Source of the DNA: Octopus vulgaris
Taxonomy: Eukaryota
NCBI GenBank assembly: GCA_951406725.2
Contig: OX597819.1
Coordinates: 26,660,001 to 26,724,000, forward strand
Direction: 5' to 3'
DNA: 64,000 nt
Below the pieces are notes generated by a model. The model was not told where the DNA came from, made no database searches, and saw only the letters and a program-made list of their open reading frames with translations. How positions within the stretch are numbered: the first letter of the stretch is position 1; every line of letters begins with the position of its first letter. A program made the translations under genes and the position numbers. Of this stretch, positions 27,941-42,000 are shown in pieces.

Positions 27941-28419
27941 TGGTAATACTAAGTAATAATAAATCTGTATTTGTTTGATAGTTAAACCTTATTGTTATTC
28001 GTAACATATTTTTATAAATATACAAATGAGACGAGTGTTTAATTTAATTTTATTTCATAAATATTTTTTTAGCTTGAAACATTTCAAAATTTAATATAAA
28101 CACTACGAAAGAAAGTTAAACCCATACAAACTGGAACTAAGTAACATTATTTCATACAAGGTACACCCACCACTAACAAATAAATATAGTTTACACTAAT
28201 TCGTTTTGATATCCCTGTAGTCTCAGAGAAACATAGACATTCTCAAGACGTTTTCAACCTCCGCCCCAGTGGCACATCCCGGATGTGATAACTGGTATGG
28301 AAGACAGTGCTGCATCAACACGTATTACAGAACGATAAATCAATTTCATTTCAAGCAGTCATCTCCCTCTATCTTTCTCTCTTTTTCTCTCCCTCACCGT
28401 CTCGCTCTCTCTCTCTCTC

Positions 28420-28478
<59 letters not shown>

Positions 28479-28481
28479 GAT

Positions 28482-28528
<47 letters not shown>

Positions 28529-29996
28529 CCTCTTCCTCTTTCGAAATAGAGAGAGAACATATGAACATAACGAAACATTAGCAATTGGTGAAGAGTTTGT
28601 CAGAGTGGTTAGTGTCAGAGGTCATGCCTTATGAAATTCATTCCAGCGCCTCTGATTTCGAATTCTGGCGAAGTCAGCTTTGCCCGTCATGCTTTCGGAA
28701 ACTACAAATTACCAACACAAGAATCAATTCTTCTCTCTTTCTTTCTTTCTTTCTCCTAAAAAGAAATAAACTCTGTGCTTTCAAGGGGAGGGATGAGCTA
28801 AGCTTCGTTTAAAACCAGGAGTTAAGGGACCAAAGAAGGGAAAATGATTAGTAATATCTCATTTCCTTTGAGTTAGCATGATATTCCTCTCAGTACTTCA
28901 GCATGATAGCACCAAGAATCTTTGGAAAACTTACATACCAGAAAGATAGATGATGATGTGTGAAATGGGAAGAATTACTATCATTTGTCACCGAGAATGG
29001 AGTGATATTCCAAATCTACATATATCATCATAGTTGCCATTGTTATTGATATTTCCAGAATAGAATGTACCATAACAAGTTGCTTAATTTTATTTCAAAC
29101 TTATTGTTATCGTCACTATAGAAAGAAAATAATACGTCAAATTACACCGCAGTATTTTTATAACTGATAGAGTGGATCTCGCAGATAATTCAGGTTGTAA
29201 AAATTATAGAGCTTTTGCAACTAGCGTTCTTTGATCGGATTGCTAACAGTTAAATGCGTTTGTTTATTTCGTATTCTGTCCAGTTAACTTGAAATTTTAG
29301 CCTAACGAAATGTATTCTCAATATATTTTCTTTGAGGGAGCACTATGTAAACTTTTTCTTCTTTTGTATCAGCTTCCCTTTATACTTGGAGATCATGATC
29401 TACATCTGCATACATACAAATACGCATGTTCACATACACACAAACTCAGAAAGGCTAACATCTGCGTATAAAACTTAACCATCCAGCTGCTGTCTTTCGC
29501 TAATTGTGTTACCTGCTTCTGTAGGTATGAGCAGATACAGACACTCATGTGACTCACCTACCCATGACCCAAGAGATAAAGAGCGAGTATGAGAGTTGCA
29601 CCAGCAATAGGCTGATACTTAACTGTTGCTGATGAGACTAAAGCAACGTGAAATGAAGTGTCTTTTTTTCAATGACACAATGTTCTGCAAGGTTCAGAAA
29701 CGGAAATCACGCATGTCTTCCAACACACACACACACATACACACATACACATATTCACACATACACGCAGACGCACACATACATGCATACATAATATATA
29801 TATACATATATATATATATACACACACACACACATATATATATGTATGTATGTATGTATGTATGCATGTATGTATATTCTTTCCTTCTTTGGTAAATCTC
29901 TTATTTGTATTTCTTGTTTTTAATATTTCAGCCTTTAACACTGAAGTTCAATCTTTTCTATCTATCTATCTATCTTTTTTACCTACCTATCTCTCG

Positions 29997-30057
<61 letters not shown>

Positions 30058-30060
<3 letters not shown>

Positions 30061-30312
30061 GAAAAATACAAACTAGGACAAGAACGTAAAACATTTAGAA
30101 GGCGATACAAAGAACACGGACGGGACATTCGAAGCCTTCAATCTTCAGTCAAGAACCGGATCATCCTGGCAATTTCGGCTGATTAATCTTGAGATCGCTC
30201 CGATCCGGCCAGCCCCAAAGAAAAACTAAGCTTCGAGCATTAGATTTCTTGGAAAAAGGATCGAATGTATACGAAACATGGACAGAAAAACGGACGATGC
30301 TACACGAACATA
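30058..30312. mobile_element. Probable PLE-associated repeat next to a (TA)n tract
   Basis: Plus frame has the GIY-YIG-like KTFRRRYKEHGRDIR. Minus strand has CTGAAGA and GAAA motifs with complementary arms. Confidence 0.4.
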
Positions 30313-30313
30313 A

Positions 30314-30485
30314 AATACAAAAAAACAATAATAGTAAAAACAGGACAAAAACAGCGGGTGTGTGTGTGTGTGTAATACAAAAAACAATAATAGTAAAAAC
30401 AGGACAAAAACAGCGGGTGTGTGTGTGTGTGTAATACAAAAAACAATAATAGTAAAAACAGGACAAAAACAGCGGGTGTGTGTGT
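30314..30485. repeat. Three tandem ~59-bp units ending in (GT)n
   Basis: AATACAAAAAACAATAATAGTAAAAACAGGACAAAAACAGCGGG(TG)n repeated three times. Confidence 0.92.
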
Positions 30486-31291
30486 ATTTACACACACACA
30501 CATATATATATCGTCTTTCCTCTCTTTTTTCTCGCCCCTTGTTATGTTAGAAGAATTGATACTGAATGACGCATAAGTCATGTTAGAATAAATTCATCTC
30601 TTCGCACCATGCAAAGACAGATCTTACGAAAGCTTACCGCCTATTTTTCAAGAGAGGTTCCTTCCATTTCATCTGTAAAGAAGAATAAACGCGTTTCATG
30701 CAAGCGCGTACTACGAACTACAGGCTTCATAACTAAGAGATTTCATGTGATATAGCAGGTTCTAGAGCAACATGCATTTTTCTTTCTTTCTGTTAGGTCC
30801 TCCTTATATCGCAGATTATTGACTCACTTTCTCTATGGGTACCACTTTCTGTTAGTATTTCGTCTCTTCGTCAGCTGATAGTTTTCTGCGATATGTTTGT
30901 CTATGTATCACTCACTTTTAACGTGTATGGTTGTTGCTCACGGTATTTTTGCGAGACTCTTCGTCGATGGTAAACTGTTTTGTCTTACAATTAGTTTCCG
31001 ATGGCACAGGGTATTTCTGTGACAAAAATATAACTCTTCTGTGCGAGTTATTGAAAGAATACCTGTATATCAGATTCCGATGTAACTTAAATCCTATGTT
31101 AGTTACTTTTCAATTGAGTTAATTTGCGAATCTTCACACAATAGCATATATACACACACACAACAAACACGTATGGGTAGAGCAGTGAATGAATCTCACA
31201 GAAAATGTCCAAGAATGCATGTTCTTTTTTATGACCAACTGAACTATAAGTCATATTGGATTAGCACCTACGTAACAGAGCATTCCACAGA

Positions 31292-31702
31292 CTCTTTTAC
31301 TCTTTTACTCTTTTACTTGTTTCAGTCATTTGACTGCGGCCATGCTGGAGCACCACCTTTAATCGAGCAACTCAACCCCGGGACTTATTCTTTGTAAGCC
31401 CAGTACTTATTCTATCGGTCTCTTTTGCCTAACCGCTAAGTGAAGGGGACATAAACACACCAGCATCGGTTGTCAAGCAATGCTAGGGGAACAAACACAG
31501 ACACTCAAACACACACGCACATACACATATATACATATATACGACGGGCTTCTTTCAGTTTCCGTCTACCAAATCCACTCACAAGGCTTTGGTCGGCCCG
31601 AGGCTATAGTAGAAGACACTTGCCCAAGGTGCCATGCAGTGGGACTGAACCCGGAACTATGTGGTTGCTAAGCAAGCTACTTACCACACAGCCACTCCTA
31701 CG
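31292..31702 (-). mobile_element. SINE family A
   Basis: Full-length reverse-complement copy with (CTTTTA)3 tail. Confidence 0.9.
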
Positions 31703-32118
31703 TTTACTCCAAATAGAATTCTCTGGCAAAATCACTTTGACATGGTGTAACAAAGCTGGACGTTTAAATAGAAATATAATCCAACTGACGGGTTCCTACA
31801 CACTGTTTGTCAACCCAATTTCACTTAAAGGTTGTGGTTGGACTTTACCCAAGACTTACAGAAAAAGACAGGCAAGAACCTACTCAGTAGAGTTGAAATT
31901 GAAGCCCCCTTATGAAGTAAACTTCTTAAACATTGTTTTCATTTATTGAACAACTACGGTACACGAGAAACGTTTTCTTGTTTCTGTTGTCTCCCCTAAT
32001 TCAGGAAGAGCATGAACAAACCTGCTGAAGAAACGATAATTGTACCTAAAACAATTATGCGTAGTGGTACCTTTATTATCACTGCCATATAGAGCTAATT
32101 AGAAATTAGAAATTAAAA

Positions 32119-32664
32119 GGGGCTAAACATACAGGGGACAAACAAGGTCAGACAAACGGAATAAGTCGATTACATCGACCCCAGTGCGTAACTGGTACTT
32201 AATTTATCAACGCCGAAAGGATGAAAGGCAAGGTCGACCTCGGCGGAATTTGAACTCAGAACGTAACGGCAGACGATATACGGCTACGCATTGCGCCCGG
32301 CATGCTAACGTTTCTGCCAGCTCGCTGTCTTGGTTTCAGAAGGCGGCGAGTTGGCAGAAACGTTACAATTTTGTCACAGAAACTAAATGTAAGACAAAAC
32401 AGTTCGCCCTCTACGAAGAGTCTCGCAAAAAATAACGGCGAGCTGGCAGAAACGTTAGCACGCCGGGCGAAATGCGTAGCCGTATTTCGTCTGCCGTTAC
32501 GTTCTGAGTTCAAATTCCGCCAAGGTCGACTTTGCCTTTCATCCTTTCGGGGTCGATAAATCAAGTACCAGTTACGCACTGGGGTCGATGTAATCGAGTT
32601 AATCTCTTTGTCTGTCGCTGTTTTCCCTCTCTATGTTTGGCCCCTTGTGGGCAGTAAAGAAATA
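32119..32664. mobile_element. Head-to-head pair of SINE family B copies (32119-32325 minus; 32436-32664 plus) flanked by an 18-bp direct repeat
   Basis: Arms are reverse-complementary over ~205 bp; AGAAATTAGAAATTAAAA occurs at 32101-32118 and 32665-32682. Confidence 0.88.
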
Positions 32665-33506
32665 AGAAATTAGAAATTAAAACCAATACATATAATAAAC
32701 GATACTAAATTAGAGTTATTTTTTTTTATTTTATGCATAAAAATACAGTTAAATGAGGAGTTCGGTACTTACTAAAATGTATCAATAATATGTAAGTATT
32801 TAGTTTACTTGGAACAGACAAGGGATGTTTCATTGGCCAGAGTGATAACATTTGCCCAATCAACAAAACATGCTACGAACCAAAGTAATATAGCAAATTG
32901 AAAAAAATTACTGACTTTCCAGCGGTCAAACTTTTTCTTTTATGTACATTCCAGATAGTTGGGCATCACTAATCTCTGCTCGCGATGCTAGTGCAATACA
33001 CACATGAATTATGCACACGACGAAATCAAAGTAATAGCTTTCTCATCTTTTTTTTTTTTTTTTTTTCATTCTTGTATCTATTCTCGGAAGTTGCTCACTA
33101 AAATGTCAATGAATCATATCCGAAGTTTTAATGATGCAGATGGATTAGTCAGCAGACGGCTTGCTTCCAAATGCAACTTGCCGTGGTAACTAAAACCCAT
33201 GACAATACCCTTCATTTTGAGTTATTGTTTTTTTTTGTTTATCTTCCTTTTATTCAAACTTTGTCATCCACAAGGGTATTGCGTAATTTCTACGATGCAT
33301 CTCAGAAATATGACATTTCCGAAATTACAAATTCATCATGAATTCATATCTGTCCTTTTCTGAGACGTCAACGAGTAGCCACTACTCTGCATTTTATCGT
33401 TGAACACATTGACAATATACAGAAAACGGTTTTATGTATTTATTTATAGTAACAATTATATATTAGCCTGATATTGATAGATAGTAATAATAATAATAAT
33501 AATAAT

Positions 33507-33717
33507 TTCTACTCTAGGCACAAGGCCTCAAATTTTGGGGGAGGGGACCAGTCGATTAGATCGACCCCAGTACTTAACTGGTACTTAATTTATCATTCCC
33601 GAAAGGATGAAAGGCAAAGTCAACCTCGGTGGAATTTGATACTAGAATGTAATGACAGACGAAATACTGCTAAGCATTTCCCCCGGTGTGCTCACAACTT
33701 TGCCAGCTCGCCGCCTT

Positions 33718-33718
<1 letters not shown>
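33507..33718 (-). mobile_element. SINE family B inserted in an (AAT)n tract
   Basis: Matches the 32436 copy (GCCAGCTCGCCGCC end; GAAAGGATGAAAGGCAAAGTC). Further fragments lie at ~33815-33945 and ~34430-34560. Confidence 0.85.
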
Positions 33719-33748
<30 letters not shown>

Positions 33749-33946
33749 TAATAAAAATAATAATAATAATAAGCAGAAGAATTGCTGTGGTTGTTACTAA
33801 TCATTATTCTTTCTAATTTTTGGTACAAAGCCAGCAAATATTTTGTGGTGTGGGCAGGAGAGTCGATAACACCGGCATCGGTATTTGACTAGTACGTTAT
33901 TTCATCGAGCTTGAATGGCAAGGTTGATCTCGGCGGAATTTACGTT

Positions 33947-33951
33947 TACTG

Positions 33952-34032
<81 letters not shown>

Positions 34033-34180
34033 ATACTACTATTATTACTACTACTACTACGACTATAGCTACTACTACTACTACTATAGCTACTACTACT
34101 AGCATCACCACTACCGGTGGAGGGACTAATAGCAGCAGCAGCAGTAGTAGTAGTAGCGGCAGTAGTAGTAGTAGTAGTAA
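33947..34180. repeat. (CTA)n followed by (CAG/TAG)n microsatellites
   Basis: Directly visible; source of the poly-T/S/V ORFs. Confidence 0.92.
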
Positions 34181-34352
34181 AGTGAGTAATCATATTATAC
34201 ATCATATTAATCAGTTAAACGATAATTGACGGGTGTCATCGCAATTATGTGTTGGGTGTACATACCTATGAATTTGATGATGATGTGTGTATACAAATCA
34301 CTACAGGAAAAAGACAAAGTGAAATTCATAAAAAATAAACTCATGTCAGATA

Positions 34353-34402
<50 letters not shown>

Positions 34403-34718
34403 ACTGATTACTTAATACGTATATTAGTGTCAAATTTTAGCGCAAGGTCAGCTATTTCGGAGCAGGGGATAAGTTGATTACATCGATCCCAGTAATGAAC
34501 TGGTACTTATTTTATCGACGAAAGGTAAAGTCGACCTCAGCGGGATTTTGAACATAGAATGTTAAGACTCTGAATGCAAATGCTGACAAGTGCTATCATA
34601 TCGTACAAAGGACAACATAGAAAAGGTTTAGTAATACGTTTATTGTTAATTTCAGTGAGCGTCCTATATAGGTACTGATATTTTGCATTTAGCCGTTTAT
34701 TATAGAGGAAGGAAATGT

Positions 34719-34754
<36 letters not shown>

Positions 34755-34756
34755 GA

Positions 34757-35064
34757 TGAGCAATGGCCCAGTGGTTGGGGCAGCGGACTCGCGGTCGCAG
34801 GATCGCGGTTTCGATTCCTAGACCAGGCGTTGTGAGTTTTTATTGAGTGAAAACACCTAAAGCTCCACGAGACTCCGGCACGGGGGGGGGGGCGATCCCT
34901 GCTGTACTCTTTTGCCACAACTTTCTCTCATTCTTTCTTCTGTTGGCCTGCTCGCTTAGCCAGCGGGGTGGCGTCATTTGAAAGCTAAAACAATGCGAAG
35001 CGCATTGTGACCAGCGATGTGTAGCAACATCTGATAGACTGGTCGGTCACGGCGATCACGGTGA
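34757..35064 (+). mobile_element. SINE family C (tRNA head, RTE-like tail)
   Basis: A box TGGCCCAGTGG and B box GTTTCGATTCC; 3' end TGTGACCAGCGATGT...GACTGGTCGGTCACGG. Confidence 0.88.
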
Positions 35065-35079
35065 TATATATATATATGT

Positions 35080-35114
<35 letters not shown>

Positions 35115-37514
35115 CCAGAGAGTTTCATATATAACTGATGTAAGAGTTCATTTATGAATAATAATGATGTCAACAGTGAGCAAGTTACTATATAGATGAA
35201 GGTGTGAAACAATAAAAATATAATGTTTTTATTGTATTTCTTTGATGTATTTGATATTTTTTAGCATGCCCCCCCCCCATATAAATAGAAACTATGGAGG
35301 TGCTGAAAATGAGGATTAGGGCGTTTAAGCTGGTTCTGGTCGATTTCCGTTGTTCGCTGATGAGGATTCAATTATTCAATCAACTGAATTACATAGCAAC
35401 TAAGTGGCAGACTATTCAACGAATACGTGTGTCTCGGGTAAAATCAGCGTGATACGTTTTATAACCAGACTGTATCTTTTAATTTCAAGGCACTTCTATC
35501 TGGTAGACTTCCATGCGCTATCCACTTTGACTTGCAAATAATGGGGCCACGTGAAGACACGGAAAATTAGGCTTGTGCAGGGTACAAGCGCAGTAGAATC
35601 CAAGCCAGTTGATAATATATAAAATTGAACTAAGAAATGTGTAACGAAAATCATATATGGAACAGTAAAGTTATGAAAACAAGTGGGACGTAATTTAAAA
35701 GTGGCTAGTTTCAATTAAAATATACGTTATAGCATCAGAGAGGCGAATCCCTAACGTCACAATCGTTTGACACAAAGATCATGTGAGAAATGAGATTTTT
35801 TACCACCTGCGCCTTCTATGATACCTAAGATGGCTGTTGCTTATTTAGGTATACATCACTAGCTCCTCAGATAGCACACACACACACACACACACACACA
35901 CAGATATCTGTGTATGTATGTATGTCCGTATGTATGTATGAACGTATGTATATATGTATGTACAAGGCAAAATACATTGGAATCGAAACCACATCATTCA
36001 ATTACAAATGTTAAAATTTTATTACTCAATAAACCTGAAGTAATGTCAGTCAAAATGGGTGATCTAATCATAATCAAAGGAAATCACCGCAAGAGAATAT
36101 TTGCTCTCTCTCTCTCTCTCTCTCTCTTTACCTCTATCTATCTGTCTCATACATACACTCCCTATATATATACACATATATATATATATGTTTGTGTGTG
36201 TGTGCATGAGTGTGTGTGCATGTATGTATGTATGTATGAACTTTCGATATGGCTTCCTTGCGGGGAATGCCTTGTAAGATAAATATTCTTTGTTACAAAG
36301 AAGCACTTATATGAATAAGAAATATTTGATGGTGTGTGCTTGATACATTTGTCGTAGCTATATATGCGTACATTTAAGCATAAATTTTTCTGTATGTAAA
36401 TACTGTTTACAATATTATGATGGGATTTAAATATCTGAATGATATCATAAATATTGATACATTCCCCTATAATTCTCATAAAATCTAATAGTATTTTGAC
36501 TATTCATTTTCAATTGAAGTCTATCGATTATGATTGAAATCAATATAATGACCACTGATGGCTAGCGAAATGTTTCTAAAGAGGTGCAAATTTTGTTGTC
36601 TTTGTCATCTCAATACCGGTTTTAACATAGTTTCCTTTACTCATGTCATTAATATCAATAATAGAGACATTAAAAGCAATCTTCCGCATTCCTGTATTCC
36701 TAGCCGTTCTACAATTTAAGCTATATATCGTATAGGAACAGGGTAAAATCAACTAACGCTTTCGTCGGTGAATGGCCTTTGGCATAGACAGGTCTGGGGC
36801 AAGTAGAAGACATCTGTGTTAATCATAGCTCTGAAACTTTGTTTCATTGGTTTCAGCAAACTGGACACCGCTAAATGCTCCTTAGTTGATAAGATAATTG
36901 TGTTAGACCGAGAGATATACCATGTCTATCATCGAATAAGAATTACTGTAGCACTATCCGTTGCTGTGCAGTTTCTGCCTACCCAGTTTCACACAAAATG
37001 CTTGACAGAAGATATTTGCCTGTCTTGCACTATGATATCAAGTCTGAAAACATGCGAGTGTTAACACGATTTTATAACGACCCAGTTTGTTTGTTTCCAT
37101 ATTGTCCAATTAGATATGAGTCATTAGTACAATCAGCAGTATTATCCATGTTTTGTACTCTTTATAATAGTTCTTAATAGTCCTACACTATCTCGTAAAA
37201 CTAATATCAGATGTAACTGTAGGGACTGCTATAATTGTCCTTTCAGTAACTAATGCGTCCAGCCATCTGATAAATTATACTGCTATATTGGTCCTACAGC
37301 ATTAAAATTCAAATAGGTTGGAGAAATCACGTAAATTTTTTCAATAATAGGTTCAAATTAACAAGTAAATTGCTTGCAAACTGTATTTGGAATCTTAAGG
37401 GCAGAAATTTTGATTACTTAATTTCGAGGTCAATTATATGGATAGCAATTCTGTATAAAGAGGTGGGGATTATTTATAATTAATGGTGCATAGAGGGCAC
37501 TTGGAACCCTATGA

Positions 37515-37584
37515 CAGTGGTTCCCAACCACGGGTCCGCCAACCACTGGTGGTGTCCGTGAGCTGAATTCAAAATGTCATATGT

Positions 37585-37650
<66 letters not shown>

Positions 37651-37756
37651 CATATTCAAAAGGGGATCTGTGAGAAAACTCATTTAAATAATAGGGTTTC
37701 GAACCACCGTTGAGAAGTACTTTTGCGAAACACTGTGAAAAAGTTGGGAACCACTG
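37515..37756. mobile_element. hAT (Charlie-like) MITE
   Basis: TIRs CAGTGGTTCCCAAC / GTTGGGAACCACTG; 8-bp TSD CCCTATGA / CCCTATGG. Confidence 0.9.
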
Positions 37757-38420
37757 CCCTATGGTGTAACCTGGACTAATAAATAAACTAATCCAGATTT
37801 ACATCATTCTGTTTCTTCCTTGTTCATACCCAATTAATAAGATATTTTCAGACTCGATTAGCTAATTTACATATAAGAAATTTTTAAATTATATATAGAT
37901 TTCTATCTATTGCATTTATGATTTCAGTGGGATTATTATTATTCTTTCGGTCTTTCCATATATATAATCGATAAAAGAAGTACCAGCTTAGCTCTGGACT
38001 AGACGTAATCGAATAGATATCCCCACCCATTAATATTTCAGATGGTGTGACTAGAAAAGTCTATTATTTTATTTTACTGAATTTTATTATATTATAATTT
38101 TATTATACTTTGAATGTGTTTTGGCTGTGATTTTTGTGGGAAGTTAAACAATAACTTTTATTTTATGTATTTATGTCAGACTCTCTACTCTCCATAATCC
38201 TCTGACATTTAGTCCATGTTGCCTCTCTCTGTCGCTTTCTTTCTTTCTCTCTCTCTCTCTATCTCTCTATCTCTGTCTCTCACACTCACACACAAACACA
38301 TATTTACTTATTTGTTTGCCCTCTTGTCATCCTTACTTCTTTGACACGCCTATTCCCTTTACTTATTCTGCTTTGTGAAAAACGCGTTTAATGCTACCTA
38401 AATCTGGATCTCTCTCACTT

Positions 38421-38454
<34 letters not shown>

Positions 38455-38485
38455 GCTATATATGTGTATGTGTGTGTGTGTTTGA

Positions 38486-38808
38486 AGGCGCGTGGCCTAG
38501 TGGTTAGGGCATTCGGCTCACTTTCGTAAGATCGTGAATTCAAATCCCGGCGACTCATTGTGTCCTTGAGCAAGACACTTTATTTCACGTTGCTCCAGTC
38601 CACTCAGCTGCCAAGAATGAGTAGTACCTGTATTTCAAAAGGACCAGCCTTGTCACATTCTGTGTCACGCTGAATCTCCCTGAGAACTACGTTAAGGGTA
38701 CACCTGTACGTGGAATGCTCAGCCACTTGCACGTTAATTTCCCGAGTAAGCTGTTCCGTTGAACGTATCAGCTGGGACCCTCGTCGTCGTAACCGACGGA
38801 GTGCTCCT
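38486..38808 (+). mobile_element. SINE family D (tRNA head plus GTGTCCTTGAGCAAGACACTT central domain)
   Basis: A box TGGCCTAGTGG and B box ATTCAAATCCC, followed by a conserved-type SINE central motif. Confidence 0.85.
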
Positions 38809-38811
38809 TCT

Positions 38812-38873
<62 letters not shown>

Positions 38874-38889
38874 AGTTAATATATATATA

Positions 38890-39080
38890 TGTTGAATCGT
38901 TAGCTCCTGCACGCATTTTTTCTCTCCTTGTTTCTTTTCTGTGTATCTTTCTGTTGAAGAGCGCAGGCTCGAAACGTAAAAGACTTGTTTTTTTTCTATT
39001 CCTGAGCGCCATACTAATACAATTGTTTGTTTGTACTCCACCTGCCTTCGTCTTTTGTTTATTTTCGTAAAGCTTCCCGC
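38890..39080 (+). mobile_element. ~190-bp non-autonomous PLE-type repeat with variant hammerhead (38946-38983), within (TA)n
   Basis: TCTTT CTGTTGA a GAGC gcag GCTC GAAA CG TA^ AAAGA; second copy of 4879-5087. Confidence 0.78.
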
Positions 39081-42000
39081 TATATATATATATATATATA
39101 TTTATTTATATATATATCTGCTCAGACAGCCTACTACACAGGCCATCTTGCATCTTAACTGAGCTAAGTGGACTTGGCGACACAATAGTAGTTTCTATAA
39201 CACAATAGTATCTAGTAGTTTACGTGGTTTTGTGTCTTTTTAATCCATGTACTCTATGCCTGTCACTAGGCATGTCAATATGGCTATTTTCTCGCTACAT
39301 AACTGTTCTTATCCATTTACAAGTGTATTACATCTTCGAAGGAGATACTGAAATAAAGAGAGTGGGTTCTATTTAATATAATTATTTTGTGTTTCCATAA
39401 CCATTGCTTATATTTTTCAGGCATGCTGAAAGAATTATCCTTGTTTTAACTTATACTCCACGATTAATGAAAAGAATCGTCGCTGTTCAGTTTATGTGGG
39501 AAACCTTGAATTAACTGGATTGTTTTTCCATTCTATACGTCCTGTTTACCACTAACTATGCTAAGCATACTATTAACATCCGGCATGTAGTGTGTGAGTT
39601 TGATGTGCTTGCGTATATTTTCAATGCCGTTCATTTAAGCTGGTGATGTTTTCCTTGAGAATAGTGAATCCTACGTCTCTTGAGCAGTAAGAATATTCCA
39701 TCCTGGAACCATATCCCATCTCCAACAAGCAGATGTGTCCAACAAATGTCTTCGTATTTTTAATTCCTCGTTCAGAGACTGATGTCTACGCTTTCTGCCG
39801 TTGCTATATTTTTTTTTTTATTCATATCCTTTTTCCTATTGTTTCGGATAACAGAAGGGAATAGTATACATTGTCTATTGCTTTTTCTTTTCAGGCAGGA
39901 GTATCTTTTGTTCAATGTGGATCGTTGCGTAAAATTAGATTCCCAGTAAAAATTGAATAATCCCCAATCATATGCATGGATCTTCAATATAAATTGTATA
40001 GGGAGCGTTCACAGATAATTTTAGTTAAGTATTTAATATCTCATATTTTTCCAAAGTATGCAGCAAACATTCCGATATATCTATATTTCATCACTACAAC
40101 ACTAAGTCAGCCATATGTATAGAATTATCAAAGTTAGATCAAAGTCAACTTTTTTTAAACTATGTATAGATGTGCAGCCGAATGAAACTTGGTAGAACAA
40201 GGAACAAAATTACCTTCGTATGATCGATCTACCATTCTAAGCATATAGAATTGTTCCAAAGTCTCGCTAAAATGAGAGATATATTTTCTCGCTCAAATCA
40301 GAGGTAGATTTGGTTACTGTTTTCAAAATATTTTCGGACTTATTATCTAGAGCAGTTTTGAATATTCTATGGCTCAGAAAAGATGGAGTGATCGAGAGTA
40401 GAACGTCTTTGAGCTTGGACATGCGCATCAGCTACAAGTTTAAAAATCTTATACATTTCCATGACATATGTACACAAATCTTTTACTATTCCAATATCGT
40501 CTTTCTTATTATTTATCTTTCTCTTCATGCTCGTTCTCTCTTTCTCTCTCCCTTTCTCTCTCTATTTCTACCTCTCTCTTTCGATTTATTCTCACTTCAT
40601 CAATTGGTCAGCATGTTATGTTGAGTTGTGCTTTGCTACGATTTTGCATGACCATGTTGTCAATGTTAAGTTCATGAAAGCGGGACGGTCTTTCAAGTAT
40701 TAGGAAACAGTTTTATACCAACGACCATGACTTTTCCTTCTCTTGTATCTTACTTCTATCTCTCCATTCATACATGCAAATGCTTACAAACACACACACA
40801 CACACGTACATTAATATACATGGGCATTCATTCACATACACATATATAACTGCTAGTGTGTGAACCAGTATACGTCTATGCGTATGTATATATATTCAGA
40901 TTTGCTTTAAAAATAATGTAGCTCATTTAACCAGTAAAATCGAGCAGCCTATTATAAAAGTATGAAATATACTTCGATGGTTAGCCCAACAAAGACGTAA
41001 TTTTAACATACAAAACAAAAGATTCTATACTCAGCAACGATTGGCTTGTAGAATAAACCGTTAATATATAATGTGTATTCAATTTGAAATTCTGGAATGG
41101 AAGAAGTGAAATTGTGTTTGTTTCAATTTTATGTTGTGTCCGGTTGTGTTTTACGTTTGGAAAGTGAAAACAATTCGGGGCATCAATCTGCATTATTTAG
41201 GTTTTTGTGGTGTTGGTCGATCAGTACAGTACCCAATTTAACGGTATCATCTAGTTCGTAGGCGTCGTTAATGAATTTCGCTCAATTACGTCGTATGTCC
41301 GCAAAGAGGATAGGCACTCCATTTCCTTCAATAATTCGCTTTCTTTAAAATTCTAATTATATAAGAATAATTCATTGTTTAGCTACGCTCAGATTTCAAA
41401 TCTTATCCAGGTCTATTTTGTTGCTATTGTTATCTTTCAACCAACATGTGACCTCTATTTGAGAAAACTCGCGATTTAAGGCGTTCCAGTAGAGACAATC
41501 CCTTAGAGGAAAACTTTGTGAATCAGTCTTTCTATATTTGAAGAATGTTGCATGGAATTTGAGGAAGTTTTGGCTCCTACTCCGCAGCCAACATAAAGAC
41601 TTCCTCATTGACTTGTGGGCTGATTCCCGGTTCGATCTTGACACCTTAAGTGCCTCTCAATAAAGATATATATGCTCTAGTCTCAGACACTCCCTTCTTA
41701 GTTATGTATTGAATCGATATAAGATCGATGTATTAATATCAATTATGTCAATATAGTGCATTGTTTAACTGACACATAGAAAGTCTAAACATAAATATTT
41801 CGGTGGTTCTATCATTCATAAAATCGATATAGCAAACACAAATTTTCCAACTACTTTTTTTTTCTTCTTAAACGTGCACTGAGTAAATGCTGGATGGAAA
41901 ATAATTTTCGTAAATTAAGAAAGATGCCTGAAATATGCCGTCTCGATAACGGTGTGTACGAAAATAGATTTGAAATGTGTTTTGTTTATTATATATTTAG

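Noticed and set aside
29629-29665. CTGATGA...GAAA here, and CTGATGA at ~35358
   Set aside because: Stems I and II cannot be formed convincingly; likely chance matches.
34757-34830. tRNA gene candidates here and at 38486 and 20772
   Set aside because: Each tRNA-like head continues into a SINE body and tail, so they are SINE promoters rather than tRNA genes.
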